The notes below the pieces were generated by a model. The model was not told the DNA's origin and searched no databases. It was given only the letters and a program-made list of their open reading frames with translations. This document shows positions 15,781-28,465 of a stretch of 64,000 nucleotides of DNA, piece by piece. The translations under genes were made by a program, and so were the position numbers. Each line of letters opens with the position of its first letter. Positions within the stretch are counted from its first letter, which is position 1. The stretch covers positions 20,088,001 through 20,152,000 of the forward strand of contig OZ004615.1 in NCBI GenBank assembly GCA_963924565.1, given 5' to 3'. The DNA is from Ascidiella aspersa. Its lineage: Eukaryota.

Positions 15781-15784
15781 TTAG

Positions 15785-15985
15785 TGTTAAACTGGGGTCA
15801 ATGGACTACTTGGGGTACGCGGAGTAGTTTGAGGGGTCTATGAAGGACTAATAGAAAATCTTAGTGAATCTACACGTTATATGCAGATTTCTTAGATCTA
15901 CATGTTTTATTACGCCATCTCTACAAATTCCACGCGAACCGAAAATAGTTTTAGGGGTCCGTGTTAAAAAAAGTTAAAACCTGCA
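15785..15985 (-). mobile_element. Degenerate relative of the 42913-43245 hAT MITE
   Basis: aactggggtcaatggac...gaggggtctatgaaggactaatagaaaatcttagtg resembles the reverse complement of 43145-43235. Confidence 0.65.
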
Positions 15986-18244
15986 CGGGGGCACCGGCGT
16001 GTCCCAAGAGATTCGCAAGTGCGACGGGGCTTTTTGTAATTTTGCGAAAAGAAAACAATTTGTATTAGAAATGCTATTCACTTATTGCCTTGCGTATAGT
16101 AGTAAGGCTGATTATCATGGTATAGTTGTATGGCTTTGTTATATTACAATCGACTGAAAATTGACACGTACGTTTTTTTGGCGATTTTTTAATATTTTCG
16201 TAAGAGGCCGAAGGTTGAAATAGTTCGAATGATGTTATCTATGGCCTCGTCAACTGATTTTTAAACTATGGCCTATTAACATTCGTTGTTGGACTGCGGT
16301 ATGCCAATGACTAACGCCCATATGCCCGTTTCGCGGCTTACACACAACAGAATGAGCGCCTTTAACAAACGAGCCCATAGTCTTGAGTCAGCGAAAGCGC
16401 GCGACTGCGCCGGGCCATTGTTGTATTTTTACCATTGCGCGAGACTTTACCAGCTTAAATTCGCCATGAGTCACCCGCGTTTTCACTATAGCAGGTTACG
16501 ACCAGAGACCGAAACCTTGGACGCAAATATTTTCCGTCCGATTTGACCGCCGCTTGCATGCAAAACAAAAGCAGAAAGTCAACCGGAGACAGTACAGCGT
16601 CTTTGGCAGTTGTTTTCGTAGCTTAATGCAGGTGATTCAGATGCAGGCGCCGGGTTAAGCCGGACCGTTCGCGCCGCTAATCGTATATACGGTGAAGACA
16701 GATTGGCGAAACTATGGCCGTGTTTTGGGATATTTCTAATGACTGCCAGCTGCCTCTGCACCGCCAACGACGCAGGTTGGGATGTACACACTTCCTGTTA
16801 GAAAGGATTAGTGAACAGATTGCGGCCGAGGTCGAATCTCAGGTGGGCTTTTGTGTGTTGCTTATGACGCTCTTTGTGGCAGCGATTTTACACTTGGGCG
16901 TCGCAAACAAACTGTAATGTATCTTTGGTGGTTAACGTAGTTGTCTATGTTTAAAAAACTATGAATTTGGTGCGAGTATTAAGCGACACCTATTTGTTAA
17001 AATTGCTTGGACTTTGCACTAGCGTTCATCTATCGAGGACCTAAAAGTGGCACGGTTGTTAGTTATGCGATAACATGTGCGGTTAAAATATATACTTTGT
17101 ATTTTAACACACCTAATTTACGAACAAGATGAACAATTAAACTTTAGCAACTGGTTTGCAATTAGCCGTTCATATGATATAGTTGCGAATGTTGAACTGT
17201 TGGTTTGAATTTTGAAGTTATTTAACTATTTTAGTGATTCCGGAGCGGAATGGCGCAGTTTTAAGCGAAAAAGGCGCATTTTTTGTCTAAAACCGGGTGC
17301 AACTAAAAAAAGCCGCCAATGTCAAACCGCCGTTTCCGCCAAAATTCCACCGAGAGCGGCATTTGTCTCCACAAAGTGTTTGTGTGCGCCTTTAACCGGG
17401 CCCCTGGTGTTGGGTTGTCGCTTATTGTGAGCGCCAACTGCCGCCCGTCGCCGCACAAAGGATTCCAAAGGACCTGGGGGTGTTTACCGCTGCCCCGCGG
17501 TCTGCGCCAACAAAAAACAGTCGAGCACCCGGCATCTGCTTTGGCGTGTAGCGTTACCTCATTTCGCTTAGCCTGTTTAAGCGGGTTCGCAAGGTTGACG
17601 GTTGATTGCGACTTGCACCGTGCGTTTTGCTCGCTGCTGACAGCTGCACAATGGCGTCTCGACCGTCACACTTGTGGGAACCCGTCCCTGGACAATGCAG
17701 CCCCCGCTGTTGCCCCCCGATCAAGTTCCCGCACCCATTGTTACCCCAGACCCCCAACGCGCCGCCATAAAAACTCCCGGGCTGCAGTTTTTTTTATTTG
17801 CAAGCGTTTAATTAGCGCCCATTCGTGCCGCATTCTTAGCGTGACTTGCGCGGGCGGATTGCTTTGGCGCGCCAAGTATCTTATCGTTGCCATCAGCAGA
17901 TTCCTCAACTTCGGCATCTATTTGTCGACTTTTTCGCCCGCAAAAGCGTGAAGCGCGAACGTGCCAGGTTTGGCGTTTTTTCGTTAAATATATTGGCGAA
18001 AAAGTAACGGAAAACAGGGTCCGTTTTCCTTGCATTATTCTTGTGAAATTAGGCGAAAAAGTCGTGACAAATTGGGAATTCCTCTTTAGAACCGTATTGA
18101 TCTGGTAACAGCTCGATGTATTATAAACATGTAAAATATGGTAGAACTGAATCAGCACCCGACAAGAAATGTTCGCTTGTGGCTTTAGCGACAGGTTTAT
18201 ACCTCTATTCTATTGTATAAACCATTTTGTATCAGAGAGCTGTA

Positions 18245-18482
18245 ACTGTGTGTGTATGTGAGTTTGTTTTGTGTGTGTGTCCATGTGTGTGCCTGTGTGT
18301 ATGTGTATATGCGCGTCTGTGTGTCTGAATGTCTGTGTGTCTGTATGTCTGTGTGTGCCTGTGCATCTGTGACTGTGTGTCTGTGTATATGCGCGTCTGT
18401 GTGTCTGTTTGTCTGTGTCTGTATGTTTGTGTGTGTCTGTGTGCCTGAGTTTGTGTGTGTCTGGGTGCTTGTGCGTGCGTGT
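18245..18482. repeat. Compound (TG)n/(TGTC)n microsatellite
   Basis: Directly visible; explains the T/H-rich and V/C-rich spurious ORFs. Confidence 0.95.
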
Positions 18483-20163
18483 TGAGTATTCCTTTGCAGC
18501 GTCGGCAAAGGTCAAAAGCCTCCCGTGGCTCGCATCCGCCAAAAGGCCAAAGTCTCAAACTAATAGTACAAAAAAATAAAACAACGCGAAGTTGCGCGAA
18601 CGGCCCCGAACCTTATCGGGCGACTCGATCGCGCGACCTTGTCACACTACCTGTTCGGTAGATGGACGCGCGGCGAACGGAGACGGCTTCTTAATTCTCT
18701 GATGGATGTACGGCCTTTGTTGATCCGCACTGAGATTGCCGGATCGCTGTTTGTTTTGCCAGCCCTATCGCTAATGCATCCCGATCCGACGCGACCCGAT
18801 TGCTGGGAAACGCTGTCCATCTTCGATTGATCTCTCTTGCTAAATACGCGCCATGCCTGTTTTATTTTGCGGCATCTGAAAAAAATTCATCCGACCCAGC
18901 CTCTTTTACGCCCACTTTTCTTACCCTCGACAGCGCTAGGCGTCAGCGTCATAAGATAAATATTTGTTTATCATGGCAGAAAGTCAAATTTTTGCGGACA
19001 AATGCTTACCAAATTTGGCAAGGATTTCGACAATTGCCCTTGAATTGCGCGCGCAGGTATTTTATAACACGACTCTTGGATTTGTTTAAGTAACCTTATG
19101 CCCTTAAATTTGCGATCTACATTTGTCACTTGTATAGATAGCTGGTCACCTTATGAGATTTTATTAGCAGCTCCCGTTGTGAAAATGTTCACGTCGTTTC
19201 TAAGCGTGCCTCAGTCAAAGGCCACTTTTTTAATTTAAACGGTTTGCTAATTAAAGTCTATGGTTAAAACAAGGAAACAAAAGTATTGGTAAAATCAATT
19301 CGAATTGGTTTTAAAAATAATAAAAAATGCCCACTCAACGGACAAAAAACATTGAACGAAACTTAAAAATGATGAAAATTGAAAACACTAATTTTGCTAC
19401 CATATAGATAGAATAGTAAAAAAATGAGCACACAAGTTCGTTAATTGAAAGGATCGTAGTTTTTACCGAAATACCACGTAAAAATTGGAAAATAGTGTGA
19501 CACTTGATTGTAAATTTAAACCGGTGTATTTTGCGAATTGGTTACGTAGACTGATAAATAAGGTTGATAGTTAGACATAAAGGCTAGATTAAAAAAAAGA
19601 GATTTCTGCTCTTCGAAATTTCCATTTTAAACTAACAAAGATTGAAAACGGAGTATCAGTGAAGAAATCAAAACTGAACCGATTTATTTCGCAAAGTGGT
19701 TACTTACATCGATAAATGAGTTAAAAAGGGACGCAAACGCTAGATTGAAAAAATAAACAGATCCCAAATGGTCTTCAAAACAGCCACGTGAACTGCCCCG
19801 CGCACCACCTTGCCCGGCTCGTCTAATGCTGTTGTTTCAGCGGGTGCCGCGTTCAGGGTTTCCAAAGAACACACAGAACGCCCGGCGCGATTAAATAACA
19901 GCAAACGATTCGCGCTTTAACCTGGCAAAGTGAAGTGTTGATGACAACTTAGCGTCGTACCAATGTTTGCTCGCCGAACGACCGTCGTTGAAACTCGCGA
20001 CGATGGCCTTTTCTGTGTTTACGAGCCCTTTTGTGATTTTTTTTTTCGATTTTTGTTCTCTTGCCGCTTTCGCGAACGTTGCTCCGAGACCGAGACCGCG
20101 TGCCTTGGAATGCTGGGTTAAAGCCTCACATTGTACATTTAGGCCTAAGTAAGTAACTAAGGT

Positions 20164-20275
20164 TTGGAGCATAATGGTTGGAGGTTGTAGTAAGACGTAA
20201 TAAGAATATCAAAGCCCTTACAGAAGTAGGTATCATTTTGAACGTTTCGAATAACTCTTTATTCATTTTCAACAT
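20164..20275 (+). mobile_element. Family A repeat, single arm
   Basis: Highly similar to 28281-28385; ends TTTTCAACAT. Confidence 0.85.
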
Positions 20276-21399
20276 AGCAAGTAAGGTTTGTTTTCCGTTC
20301 GCGCTGAAAGAAAAAAATACACAAGTGTTGAACAGAAAATAAATTCATGCACGATATGTCCGGAGCAGTTATGTGGGACAAAAGGCCTCCAGTCAGCGGA
20401 ACTGTAAAGGTGAAATTAAATTAAGGCAAGGCGTTTTTTTAACAAATATTGCATATAAAAATTAAGGTGAAGAATTCAAATTAATGCAGATAAACAGTAG
20501 AAATGAATCTCATAAAACCTTCAAATCGTTATAATTTTTTCAGTGGAGCAGGGTTTCCCAACCAGTACACGGAGCGTTCTTCACTTAACAGATATGTCGT
20601 CATATTGCAAAAGAAAAATATCGCTATATCAGTTATTCCCAAATTAAATCTCTATATTGTTTTTATTATGACCCATGGACTTTGTCCTGTGACATAGTTG
20701 TGCATTTTACCTGCCTGCAATTATGAGTCAAGGACCTAGACTTCAGGTGAGTTGTCTGTAAATTGATTATTCATTTTAGATTGTGAATGTGTTTAATATT
20801 TTCGTTTTGTTAAAACAAAGCTTTAAGCATTTTTAAATCAGACGGAATCACAACTTATGAAAGACTGGGAAACACTGCAGTAGATTATGTCCATATATGG
20901 AGGTGAGCATTGTAGCTTTGGCGTTTTGAACAATCCTTCCCGCGGCGTCCTAAATGCACGTAAGCGTCGATTTAACGCCGATGATGTAATCAGCAGGTTC
21001 CAAAACAGCGACATAGCTCCACACAACAACCGTAAATGCCATCAGCAGGTATAATTGCGGCGGCAAAGTTTACACTGGACTCTGCCTACGTAGCACGTTT
21101 AAGCGAAGGCGGTCGTCGCTTATTGCTATGTTTAGCTTGTGAGGCCCAAAATCGAAGCCTTAACGCGACACGACCTCGCTTAAGACCGTGGGAAAGAGGG
21201 GCAACGGACCAACGCCAACGCTCCATTTGCCCTTGTGTGTATACGCACCTAAGCCACCGCTCGTATAGTCGCATAGCCATCAGGGCCGGCTTTTTACATG
21301 ACCACTTCTTGAGCCGTCGGATTAGATTGTTTGCTAGTGCAAGAATGGCACTAAAAATTGTAAAAAGTACAGAGGGCCCACGTGCGCTTGAAAAGAAGT

Positions 21400-21845
21400 G
21401 TAAAAATGACCAACGATGGTAAAGGTGGTTAACAAATGTCAAAGCATGAGTAAAAAGGGTTAAAAATTCATCACTTTGATTAAAAGGGCTTAAAAATTAG
21501 CCCCATATAACTAAATAGGGTCGAAGAAGGCCCCGCAGTATGACTATAGTCTTGAGAAATGTCCCAGCTTGGCTAATAAGGATTTAAAAAAAAGTCACAG
21601 TGTGACTGAAACGGTTAAAAAATGCCCATTGTGGGACTGACATGGTTAAAAAATTACCCCAGTTTGGCCAGAAAGGCTAACAATCACCCAGTGTGTCTTA
21701 AACGATTAACAAATTACCTCACTGTGACTAAAAAAGGTTAAAAAAGGTCCAGTGTGACCTAAAAGGTTAAACAATTAACCAAGTGGAACTAAAGCGGGTT
21801 GAAAAAAACTCAGCGCGTCTAAAAATTAAAAAATTGACCTATATA
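21400..21845. repeat. Degenerate ~31-bp minisatellite (~14 units, consensus near CAGTGTGACTAAAAAGGTTAAAAAATTACCC)
   Basis: A GGTTAA-like core recurs at ~21427, 21458, 21487, 21519, 21550, 21581, 21613, 21644, 21675, 21704, 21736, 21765, 21797, 21825. Confidence 0.8.
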
Positions 21846-23787
21846 AAAAAGGAGCCTGGGACTCATTGGTTGGCCACGTAAACTTTCCGTGTGGTTTAAG
21901 AGATTTAAGCGATCGGCAAAACAAGACGCAAACCAAGTGCTTTGGCGTGGGAAAAACGTAAACTCCTCAAAGCAGGCCAGGACACTCGGCAATTAAGGCT
22001 CATCGCTATTAAGATAAGTCAGTCAGTAAGCGCGTGCGTCGGCCTTTCACGCTTCAAAATCGCGACTGCCAATCGAAATAAAGAATCGACACCTGCTCTG
22101 CGTCTAAATGGCGGTCGCGCGATTGATGTGCGCGAAAGAGCGACAAAGATTCCTTTACGATCGCTCGGCAGATAATAGCTGGCCACGAAGAATTCCAGCG
22201 TTTTTGCCGGTTTGCGTATCCGTAGCGGAGAAAGCGAACAAAGCCCGCCGTCTTTCAATTTTTCGATGAAAAATTCGCAATTGCAATATTTTCTTAACCC
22301 CTGTCCGGATAGGGTGTGGCTTGCAATGAAGTAAGGTGCGTTATCTTTGGGAGACTGCAAGCATTGATGTAAACGTTAAACGTATTGTTTTCTGCGTTTT
22401 TCACAAAAAAAAGATATCTGAGATCTCTTTTGATAGATAAACATGTGCTTTTCGTAGTGTTTTAATCCAGTACTGATTATCCTTTTGGTGAAAAAATACT
22501 AACTAACCTTTAGAAGGCTGTTAGAATGTCAGTTCCTATACAGAAACGGGTGACATCAGAAAAGACGAAAAACTGGTGCCGAGAATTTAACTTGCCAACT
22601 GTTTGGATGTAAAAAAATTGCGCCATCAGTTCACGAACCAACAGTTCACGAACACAGTCGCCTGCCCTTCTATATCCGGTTAGAGTCGACCCCGACTTGA
22701 GTCAGCGTTAAGTGGCCCTCTTCAGGCCAGTTTGCACTTCCAACTAAAAAGGCGCCGGGCCCCGTTGTCAGCCACTCTTTTGCCGTAATGTTTAACCTTT
22801 TATCGTACATCGTTTTGCTAAATCGCGGTAGTTCTAAGTCGTATTTACCAGAGAATTATGATTCCTTATATGACTTCAGGCAATAATACATCTTATTGTT
22901 TTGTAATGTTTTGTATCGTGATTTAAAATTTGTATAATAAAAAAATATAAAATCCCTTTCTACAGCAGCTCGCAGCCCAATCCTTACCCTTAATCTCCAC
23001 TGAACATAAATAATTTTTACAACAGGATTTTTTTTCGCAAATTTAGCGAAACGTCAATGATTTTGTTGAGTCGCAATCCAATCATGCCATCTCAGTTTTT
23101 ACAGCAATCGTCCTGCTTGTTTTAATTTAGCGTTTGTGTGTACAGTATATCTGCCTTGTCCTGTCTTGGTTAAAAATAGCCCAAAATGTGGCCAAATAAA
23201 GGCGGCCGGCTCTATTTTGAAGTGGCCACGTAATGAAGATTGCAAGTGGCTTCGACGGCCCTCTGCGGTTTTATCTCATCGAGACTCGAAAAAAGCGCAG
23301 CCGAATCGCTGAAACTTGACAGAAACGCCGTTCTACGTCATAGAGACGATTGTGATTGAGAAAACGCATCGGCCTGCCATTTTCGTTTTGCCTTGCTTGA
23401 TTTGAGGCAAAACGAAAAAGACGTAGACTTGACAGCACATCTTCAGTCTTTAAAATGGGAACGTGTTTGATTTGTAGGAAATGAAAAGATACTGAACTCT
23501 AAAAAACTGAGTGAGAAACATAGCTTTTTGAGGCTTTGGAGTGTTTGTGTTTGTATAGAGCATTTTCAGTGTTTTTAGCAACTAAAGGTATTTTGAAATT
23601 TACTGAGTAGAAATAGTTGTGGTCTCTTATTTATGTTAGAATACCTGGTCATGGTATTGTGCCTAGTTATGTGTTTAATAAAGGAGGCAGCACAAGTTGT
23701 AAAACAACAAACAAATTGTTGTACGATTTTTTTAGGACAAAAAGTAAGCTAGGAGGTTTTAGCAACCATGGTCTGAATCATTTAGAG

Positions 23788-24179
23788 CAGTGCTCTTCAA
23801 CCTTTAACATTTCCATCCGCACTTTTTTATTTCGGAAAATTTCCATCCGCACGAAACAAGCGCAGTAAGTTTGCAACCCTTAGTTTTAATTGTGAAATAC
23901 GCATGAAAGGGTTTGTGTATTAAAACGTGAGCCTAAGCCTTGACCGATAATAAATCCATAGCTTAAGCTGCAATGAATCACTATGCGAGACTATATATTA
24001 CTGTACCTGTAACGCATAAGTATGCGCACCACCTTGTTTGATTACTATATACCACATGATAAAAAATAATAACATGCACCATTTTCATCCGCACATTTAT
24101 CCGCACGACGTTTGTCATCCGCATTACAATTTTGTTCATCCGCACAAGTGCGTACCATCCCACGGGTTGAAAAGCACTG
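23788..24179. mobile_element. hAT MITE with 15-bp TIRs, 8-bp TSD and internal CATCCGCAC repeats
   Basis: TIR CAGTGCTCTTCAACC ... GGTTGAAAAGCACTG; perfect TSD ATTTAGAG at 23780-23787 and 24180-24187; about 7 subterminal ATCCGCA(C)-type copies. Confidence 0.92.
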
Positions 24180-24452
24180 ATTTAGAGGCCATAGAAAGAA
24201 TAAGCCACCCTAACAGTAGTTTTACACAAGGGCTAAGGGTGATTCATGTTTTAATAAAATAGATAGATCACGCAACCTATGCACAAGTAGCAAGTTTGTG
24301 ATTTTCCCAACTAAGCTTTTAAAGCTGTTGGCTAAATATCAATCTGGCATCGCTATCAGAATACAAAGCAAAGTACCGGACATCTCAAGTAATCGCCAAT
24401 AACGCTCAAGACACGTGAACGATCGTAATGTGAGCACCATGGCTTCCAAATT

Positions 24453-24747
24453 TGGCAATGACTTATGTCAATGGCTTGACTCAGGACTTTTCAGCAAAAT
24501 GACTTGACTTGACTGAAGTCTTTTGAATAAATGACTTGGGTTAATATGAAGGGGTTAAAATCAGTTTTAAAAGTTTACCGTTTTATTTTTATAACAAGGA
24601 CTTGGCTTGAAGTTGACTTGCTCTATTTAAGACTTGACTGGGACTTGGCTTGGTATTTATTCTAAAAGACTTGAATTGGACTTAAGTTATTTTACGAATG
24701 ACTTAACTGGGACTTAAATCAATTCTAAGTGACTTTTTAACAACACT
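24453..24747 (-). mobile_element. Family B MITE copy (reverse)
   Basis: gacttgacttgactgaagtc...aaggacttggcttgaagttgacttgctcta...caacact matches the reverse complement of 30274-30684. Confidence 0.8.
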
Positions 24748-25240
24748 ATCCAAAACACAGGCGAAGTGGCAAATTTCGATCGCTCGCCCGTAAATCAAGC
24801 AAATTGCCGAATTTCGTCCGCGCCATAAAAACAACGGGCCGCGAACAAAGGCTTTCGCGAGTTCCGTAAGGCGCCCGTTTCACACGCTTTCTCGCCGCGC
24901 GATATATCGCAGTAACACTTTACTTGATGATGTATTACGGCGATTGGACAGGTGCCGCGTATATTTATTCGCGTCGGCGCCTCGGGCGTTTTTTGAGCGC
25001 GCGTGTGAGAATATTCGACGGATGGCGCGCCGCACATATGCCGTTTATGCGCGACCGCTTGATTGTTGCACAGAAAGCTGATTGAGAGCTGCTGTCGGCC
25101 CGTATCGCATTCGGAGGCACTGTTTTGTGTGGCGCTCGTTTAGAAAGCTTTTGGAAATTGCAGGATTTTGATCTTCTTAACGTTTAATCAACATTTTTTT
25201 CGCTTGCGTGGGCGGCTGTACACAATAGGCGTTGTATTAG

Positions 25241-25452
25241 CAATTTGTGCATATTTTATTCAACCAATGTGTGTGTAGTTTAGAACCATGTGTCTGCCAT
25301 ACATTTCTCGCCCTTCATAGAATTTATAAAAATTATTATTTCAAAATAAATCAATTTGTGCATATTTTATTCAACGAGTTTGTATAGCCTATCTTTGAGC
25401 TCTTTGTCTGCCATACATTGTTCGTCCTTCAAACGATTAAAAAAATATTTTT
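25241..25452. repeat. ~111-bp diverged tandem duplication
   Basis: caatttgtgcatattttattcaac...tgtctgccatacatt at 25241 and 25352. Confidence 0.8.
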
Positions 25453-26183
25453 CTATAAAAATCAGATATGTATATATAACGCCTTTCTTGTTTTTTTATT
25501 TACATACTCTGATATTTCAGCATACAGAATCAAATGGCGTTGTATTTCGGCGTCAAACCGCCAAATGTATTCGCTCGGGCATACATCCGCTTTGGCTAAA
25601 TCCGGACGCCGCCACTTGACAACTTATTGATTTGCAATCGGAATTCGCCATAAAACCGGCGGCATCAGCCCTACGCCGTATAAAAAGCTAAGGCACTCGA
25701 GTGTAATTTGCGGCGCTGAGGGCTCTCACAATGCCCAATTAACCTTGGCCAGAGCCTATAGTCGTTGGTGAATGGAGACGAGTGCGCCGAATTCCTTCTC
25801 GATACAGTCGCCTTGCCCTGTAAAGGGATGAGGTAATGGTGGCAAGGTTCGAGTGCTTTTGTCTGATTGCAAATTGTCTCTTGCTGCTGCTGCTGGAACT
25901 TGCCAGCATTGGTTTGCCGGGGTTGTTTCGCTTTCGATGGACTTACTTTGTTACATTGCTTTTTTTCTTATCCATATTTTAATTTGGAACCCGGTTTTCG
26001 AGTGAACCTATTAGCAATGGGAGAACACTGTTTTACAACCTTTCCACAATAAAAGTTGTCTGTTTATTTGGTAAAATCCCTGGCTGTAAATCGTAACTTG
26101 GTCACTATGGCAATCTGAATGTGTATAATAAGAAGATATCTCTTCGCCCTTACATGTAAATGACGACAATGACTTCAAATAGG

Positions 26184-26375
26184 GACAAATTTTCTTTAGA
26201 CTTTTCTGTATTGGTCGAAGTCAGTAATTTATAAGTTCTATAGTCATTTGAAAGAGAAATATATTTCGCCACAAAGTTTTTATTTTTCTGGCAAAATATA
26301 TTTCTTTTTTCATTGAGTAGATCTTATAAATCACTGACTTTGACCAAGACAGTAAGGTCTAAATATAATTTAGTC
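26184..26375. mobile_element. Near-palindromic foldback element
   Basis: Left arm tttagac..ttggtcgaagtcagtaatttataag..aaatatatttcgcca pairs with right arm tggcaaaatatattt..cttataaatcactgactttgaccaa..gtctaaa. Confidence 0.8.
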
Positions 26376-28280
26376 AGTACGACTATGTAGGTTTAGAATC
26401 GGTTATTTGCGAATGACTTTTACTTTTTTTCGTTCCGGATAAGCCAACTCCAATAATAAAAAAAGCAAAAATATAGTGTCACAACAAATTTCACAGGGGC
26501 TTGAAAAGGCACGCTATGTGTGTGAAGGCAATCTTGTTTTTCTGAGCTTTATTGTGTAGCTAAGCGAACAACACAAATAAAACCTAAAAACGTCGTTTCG
26601 CATCATTTTGCGGCTTTTAAGCTGTACGTCGTGTTCGCGAAAAATAATAAAGCATTACACCGTTTTATGACAAAACAGCAGCTGACTAACCGTTCGTCCT
26701 TCGTGTTTGCTGAATGTATTTTCTGACGTCGCCTGGATAAAGCTCGGTTTAGTGTCTCTTGAGGTTAGCGCGTTGGCGGGTATTAGCCTTAATGAGATCG
26801 CCTTTGTACAGGTGAATACAGTTGTCGTTTATTTTGACGCGCGTCGCTGATTGATAAACAGTATAGGCCGTGGCCCGCCGTCAGCTATATTATGCTTTGC
26901 TTGCCACGTCAGTTTTGCTGTTTAATTGCTGACAGGAGCTAATAGCCCGTGTTACCTGTGTACGCACGTGTGGTTTCCAAGTTGAAAGCTGGAAACGGAA
27001 TGAATAAAGTACATTTGGGCTGAGTTTGCGGTCGATTAGATCTGTCCATATGTTAAGACGTTTGTTATATGAATTAAAACGTTGGACATCATCAAGATCA
27101 AAGCTAACCCACACGTGTCAATAGATCGGTTAATGTGGGTCGTTGGGTATTTGTCTGCTCATTTAACAATAGTTTCTGGTCATGTAAACAAAAGGCTTTT
27201 ACTTACAACATATTGGCTGAATTTGAGACTCCTTGCTGTAATTAAATGGCAATAAGTCTATAACTAACTATTGTAATCGTATATTATGCCGTTTGAATTA
27301 TAACTCGTGATAGGCTTATCCGAATTTGCACAGACGCAGCACATTTGCAAGGGCCACAGCCCAACCAAATAAAAAATATCAGGATAAAGGTTAAATCAAA
27401 CTTCGAAAGCTGTTAACCAAGCTAAGTACTTATTTAACAACAAAGAATCTGTAAAATGTTAAGCCCTAATCCAATATGCCTTCGTTTTACAAAAAGCGGT
27501 GGTGTGCAATGCGCGACCTTGACGATTTGCTGCGATAATAATGTGTCAATAGTGCATCTGAAACACCCACGACATCGGGCGTTCATTTTTCGCAACTTTC
27601 CCGTCGTAAAATGACAAAAATAGCCCATGCTGTATTCGCTCTCTCGTAAACCGTCAAAACTCCTCCGACAAACCACCGGGTCGACGACTGGATCTCGGCC
27701 GCAAACGTAACTGCACGCGCCCGTCAATACGTTTACCCACCAAACAGTGAAGGCCCGACGGCGACGACCGGTACGTCGACACATTCTCAGTTCGGAAAAG
27801 TTTCGGACTTTTCGCTCGTAAAAACACCCATACGTTGGTCGTCGCCTGTAGCTTTGAAACAACAGTTAGCGCGGGCGGACTTGGTCTTCTGCTGACAGAT
27901 TCCCCTTGTCTTTTTATAGCTGTCCTCCAAGTTTAAGCACACGCGCGAGCAGGCTAAGCTGGCAGCCATAGACAAACGGTCGGAATTAGGCGGATATTCT
28001 TGAGTGGGTGTTGCTTCGCGCCGTGTTTGTTGTATTTGGTTGCGGTTACTTTTCGCTGGATGGCTTCTCGGGTATCGGCTTTGACTGACTGTGTGCAAGA
28101 TCACCTGAGAAATGAGCCGTGCATATCCTGACCTAAACCTAACGTTATACATGCTATATGTGTCTTCAGCATTTGTATATGTGCAATTGTTCTTTTTCGC
28201 GAGTTTATTGCTAATTGTAATCAGTTGTTTAAATTGTATATGTGTATTGAATGTTTATATCAACATTACTATATGTATTT

Positions 28281-28465
28281 TGGAGCATAATGGTTGGAGG
28301 TGACAGTAAGACGTAAAGAATATCAAAGCCCATACAGAAGTAGGTATCATTTTGAACGTTTGGAATATCTCTTTAATTTTTTTCATGTTGAAAATGAGCA
28401 AAGAGTTAATGGAAACGTTCAAAATGATACCTACTTCTGTATGGGCTTTGATATTTTTATTACGA
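28281..28465. mobile_element. Family A repeat, two-arm palindromic copy
   Basis: GGAGCATAATGGTTGGAGG...AAAGCCCATACAGAAGTAGGTATCATTTTGAACGTTT, followed by its reverse complement after a central CATG (~28384). Confidence 0.85.

Noticed and set aside
17319-17951. 210-aa ORF
   Set aside because: Stop-poor GC island; no recognisable domain or coherent splice partners
18197-18558. T/H-rich and V/C-rich ORFs
   Set aside because: Translations of the (TG)n/(TGTC)n microsatellite
21400-21845. CRISPR-like array
   Set aside because: Units are contiguous and degenerate with no unique spacers; eukaryotic context and no cas genes
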